17,300 nt of DNA from a virus. Lineage: Duplodnaviria; Heunggongvirae; Uroviricota; Caudoviricetes. The notes below the pieces were generated by a model that made no database searches, was not told the DNA's origin, and was given only the letters and a program-made list of their open reading frames with translations. The position numbers and the translations under genes are program-made. The stretch spans positions 1-17,300 of IMG/VR virus record IMGVR_UViG_2541047802_000012; one strand, written 5' to 3'. Below are positions 15,930-17,300 of the stretch, in pieces. The first letter of the stretch is position 1. Every line of letters starts with the position of its first letter.

Positions 15930-16970
15930 ATGGTTACAAAAACAGTAATTCCTGATGACATCAAAACGCTAAAATCCGATGTTAGTAAACTAAAAACTGA
16001 TCAAGGAAGCTATGCAACAAAATCATATGTAGACAATAAAACAACATGGAATAGTTATTGCAATGTAATCTATGATCAAAAGGCATTGCCGACCACTGGA
16101 ACTATATTTAGCGGTAAGATTCACTTGTCAAATAAGACAGGAGAAACCGAAAACGCTTATAGTGAGATGTACACCAGAAAAAATATTGACGGTACAAAAG
16201 ATACAATGACAAGGATTGTCACACACAATGGAACAAAAGGTATCTTTTGGGATTTTAGCGATCTTTACGGCGGAACATTAATTTTTCCAGGCAGTGATGG
16301 TTACCTTAAGATGGGGAACTGTCTCATGTCGTATGGTGTGCGGGGAAGTAACGCGCTTATTAAGTTTGACTGCACAGACACATTACAAATCAAATATGCC
16401 AATCATGGGTCAACCATGACATTAAACACACAGGGAACCGCTTATGCTGGTGTTACTGCTCAATTGTGGGGCAACTCCAGCCGTCCTGTTGTTTATGAAG
16501 TCGGTGTTGATGGTGGCGCTTATATGTTCTATGCGCAGAAAAATACCGATAACACCTATATGTTAAGCGTTAATGGTGCATGTCATGCCACCGCATTTAA
16601 CCAGCATTCCGACCGGGATCTGAAAGACAACATTCAGGTGATCGATAATGCAACCGACCGCATCCGTAAAATGAACGGCTATACATACACGCTTAAAGAA
16701 AACGGTATGCCCTATGCTGGTGTCATTGCACAGGAAGCTCTGGAAGCAATCCCAGAAGTTGTAGGTTCCGCAATGAAATATCAGGACGGTGCAAGCGGAT
16801 CGGAAGGTGAAGAAGGTGAACGTTATTACACAGTAGATTATTCTGGTGTTACTGGCTTGCTTGTTCAGGTAGCCAGAGAGTCAGACGACAGAATAACAGC
16901 ACTGGAAGAAGAAAACGCAGAATTAAGACAAAGATTATCTGCAATTGAGGCGGCGCTTGCGTCTAAATAA
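15930..16970 (+). CDS. tail-fibre-like protein with C-terminal intramolecular chaperone / autoproteolysis domain (peptidase S74-type)
   Basis: GGAG 7 nt upstream of ATG 15930. The C-terminal ~120 aa (HSDRDLKDNIQVID...YTYTLKENG...AGVIAQEALEAIPEVV...YTVDYSGVTGLLVQ...ALEEENAELRQRL) matches the conserved S74 chaperone-of-endosialidase pattern, including the Ser-x4-Lys dyad spacing (Ser codon 16608-16610, Lys codon 16623-16625). Confidence 0.7.
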   Translation: MVTKTVIPDDIKTLKSDVSKLKTDQGSYATKSYVDNKTTWNSYCNVIYDQKALPTTGTIFSGKIHLSNKTGETENAYSEMYTRKNIDGTKDTMTRIVTHNGTKGIFWDFSDLYGGTLIFPGSDGYLKMGNCLMSYGVRGSNALIKFDCTDTLQIKYANHGSTMTLNTQGTAYAGVTAQLWGNSSRPVVYEVGVDGGAYMFYAQKNTDNTYMLSVNGACHATAFNQHSDRDLKDNIQVIDNATDRIRKMNGYTYTLKENGMPYAGVIAQEALEAIPEVVGSAMKYQDGASGSEGEEGERYYTVDYSGVTGLLVQVARESDDRITALEEENAELRQRLSAIEAALASK

Positions 16971-16976
16971 TATCAA

Positions 16977-16996
16977 GGGGCCGAGCGCCCCGTTTT
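16977..16996 (+). terminator. terminator-like hairpin (GGGGC-CGAGC-GCCCC then G-TTTT-ATT) after the S74-domain gene
   Basis: 5-bp all-GC stem at 16977-16981 / 16987-16991 followed by a T-tract; read directly. Confidence 0.45.
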
Positions 16997-17012
16997 ATTG
17001 GGTAGGATGAAA

Positions 17013-17300
17013 ATGGATATAACACCTTTCCTTCATGCGCTTTGTGCTGTGGCTGCGCAGGTACTGGTTGGTTTTTTTACCGGGAACTGGGCTTACGGGG
17101 CGATAGCCGGTTGTACATTCTTCATTGCGCGGGAACACACCCAGGCAGAATATCGCTGGATTGAAATGTTCGGGCATGGCAAGCGGATTAACATGCCATG
17201 GTGGGGCGGTTTTGATCCGCGCGCGTGGGATGTGGCAAGCCTGATGGATTTTGCTGTGCCGGTGGTGGCGTGTCTGCTGATCTGGATGTTGATCCGTTAA
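17013..17300 (+). CDS. hypothetical small integral membrane protein (about 96 aa, three predicted hydrophobic helices)
   Basis: AGGA 6 nt upstream of ATG 17013 (the ORF track's TTG 16998 and ATG 17007 are alternatives). Three hydrophobic stretches (FLHALCAVAAQVLVGFF, WAYGAIAGCTFFIA, FAVPVVACLLIWMLI). Stop TAA at 17298-17300, the last bases of the window. Confidence 0.5.
   Translation: MDITPFLHALCAVAAQVLVGFFTGNWAYGAIAGCTFFIAREHTQAEYRWIEMFGHGKRINMPWWGGFDPRAWDVASLMDFAVPVVACLLIWMLIR

Overview
This window reads as the late (virion morphogenesis) region of a lambdoid siphovirus prophage, with every credible gene on the + strand. Calls rest on reading the six-frame translations against remembered phage protein families and lambda proteins; no search or computation was run. 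Gene order: 3' end of an HK97-fold major capsid gene, a small unknown ORF, gp6-like connector, head-closure protein, HK97-gp10-like and tail-terminator-like proteins, major tail tube protein with an Ig-like C-terminus, tail assembly chaperones G and G-T joined by a -1 programmed frameshift, tape measure protein, then a lambda-like M-L-K-I-J tail tip block, a lom-like outer-membrane moron, and an Stf-like side tail fibre. The fibre has a lambda-like N-terminus, a tandem-repeat Ala/Ser/Thr-rich shaft and a low-GC lectin-like tip. After it comes a low-GC cassette (89-aa ORF plus a fibre-like protein with a C-terminal self-cleaving chaperone domain) and a small membrane protein. Hairpin plus T-run structures sit at several gene boundaries. 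I see no rRNA, tRNA, CRISPR array, transposase or integrase. I did not find a clearly novel multi-gene system; the candidates most worth follow-up are the low-GC cassette at 15648-16970 and the lectin-tipped fibre with no tfa-like partner. The long minus-strand ORFs are antisense shadows of the + strand genes.
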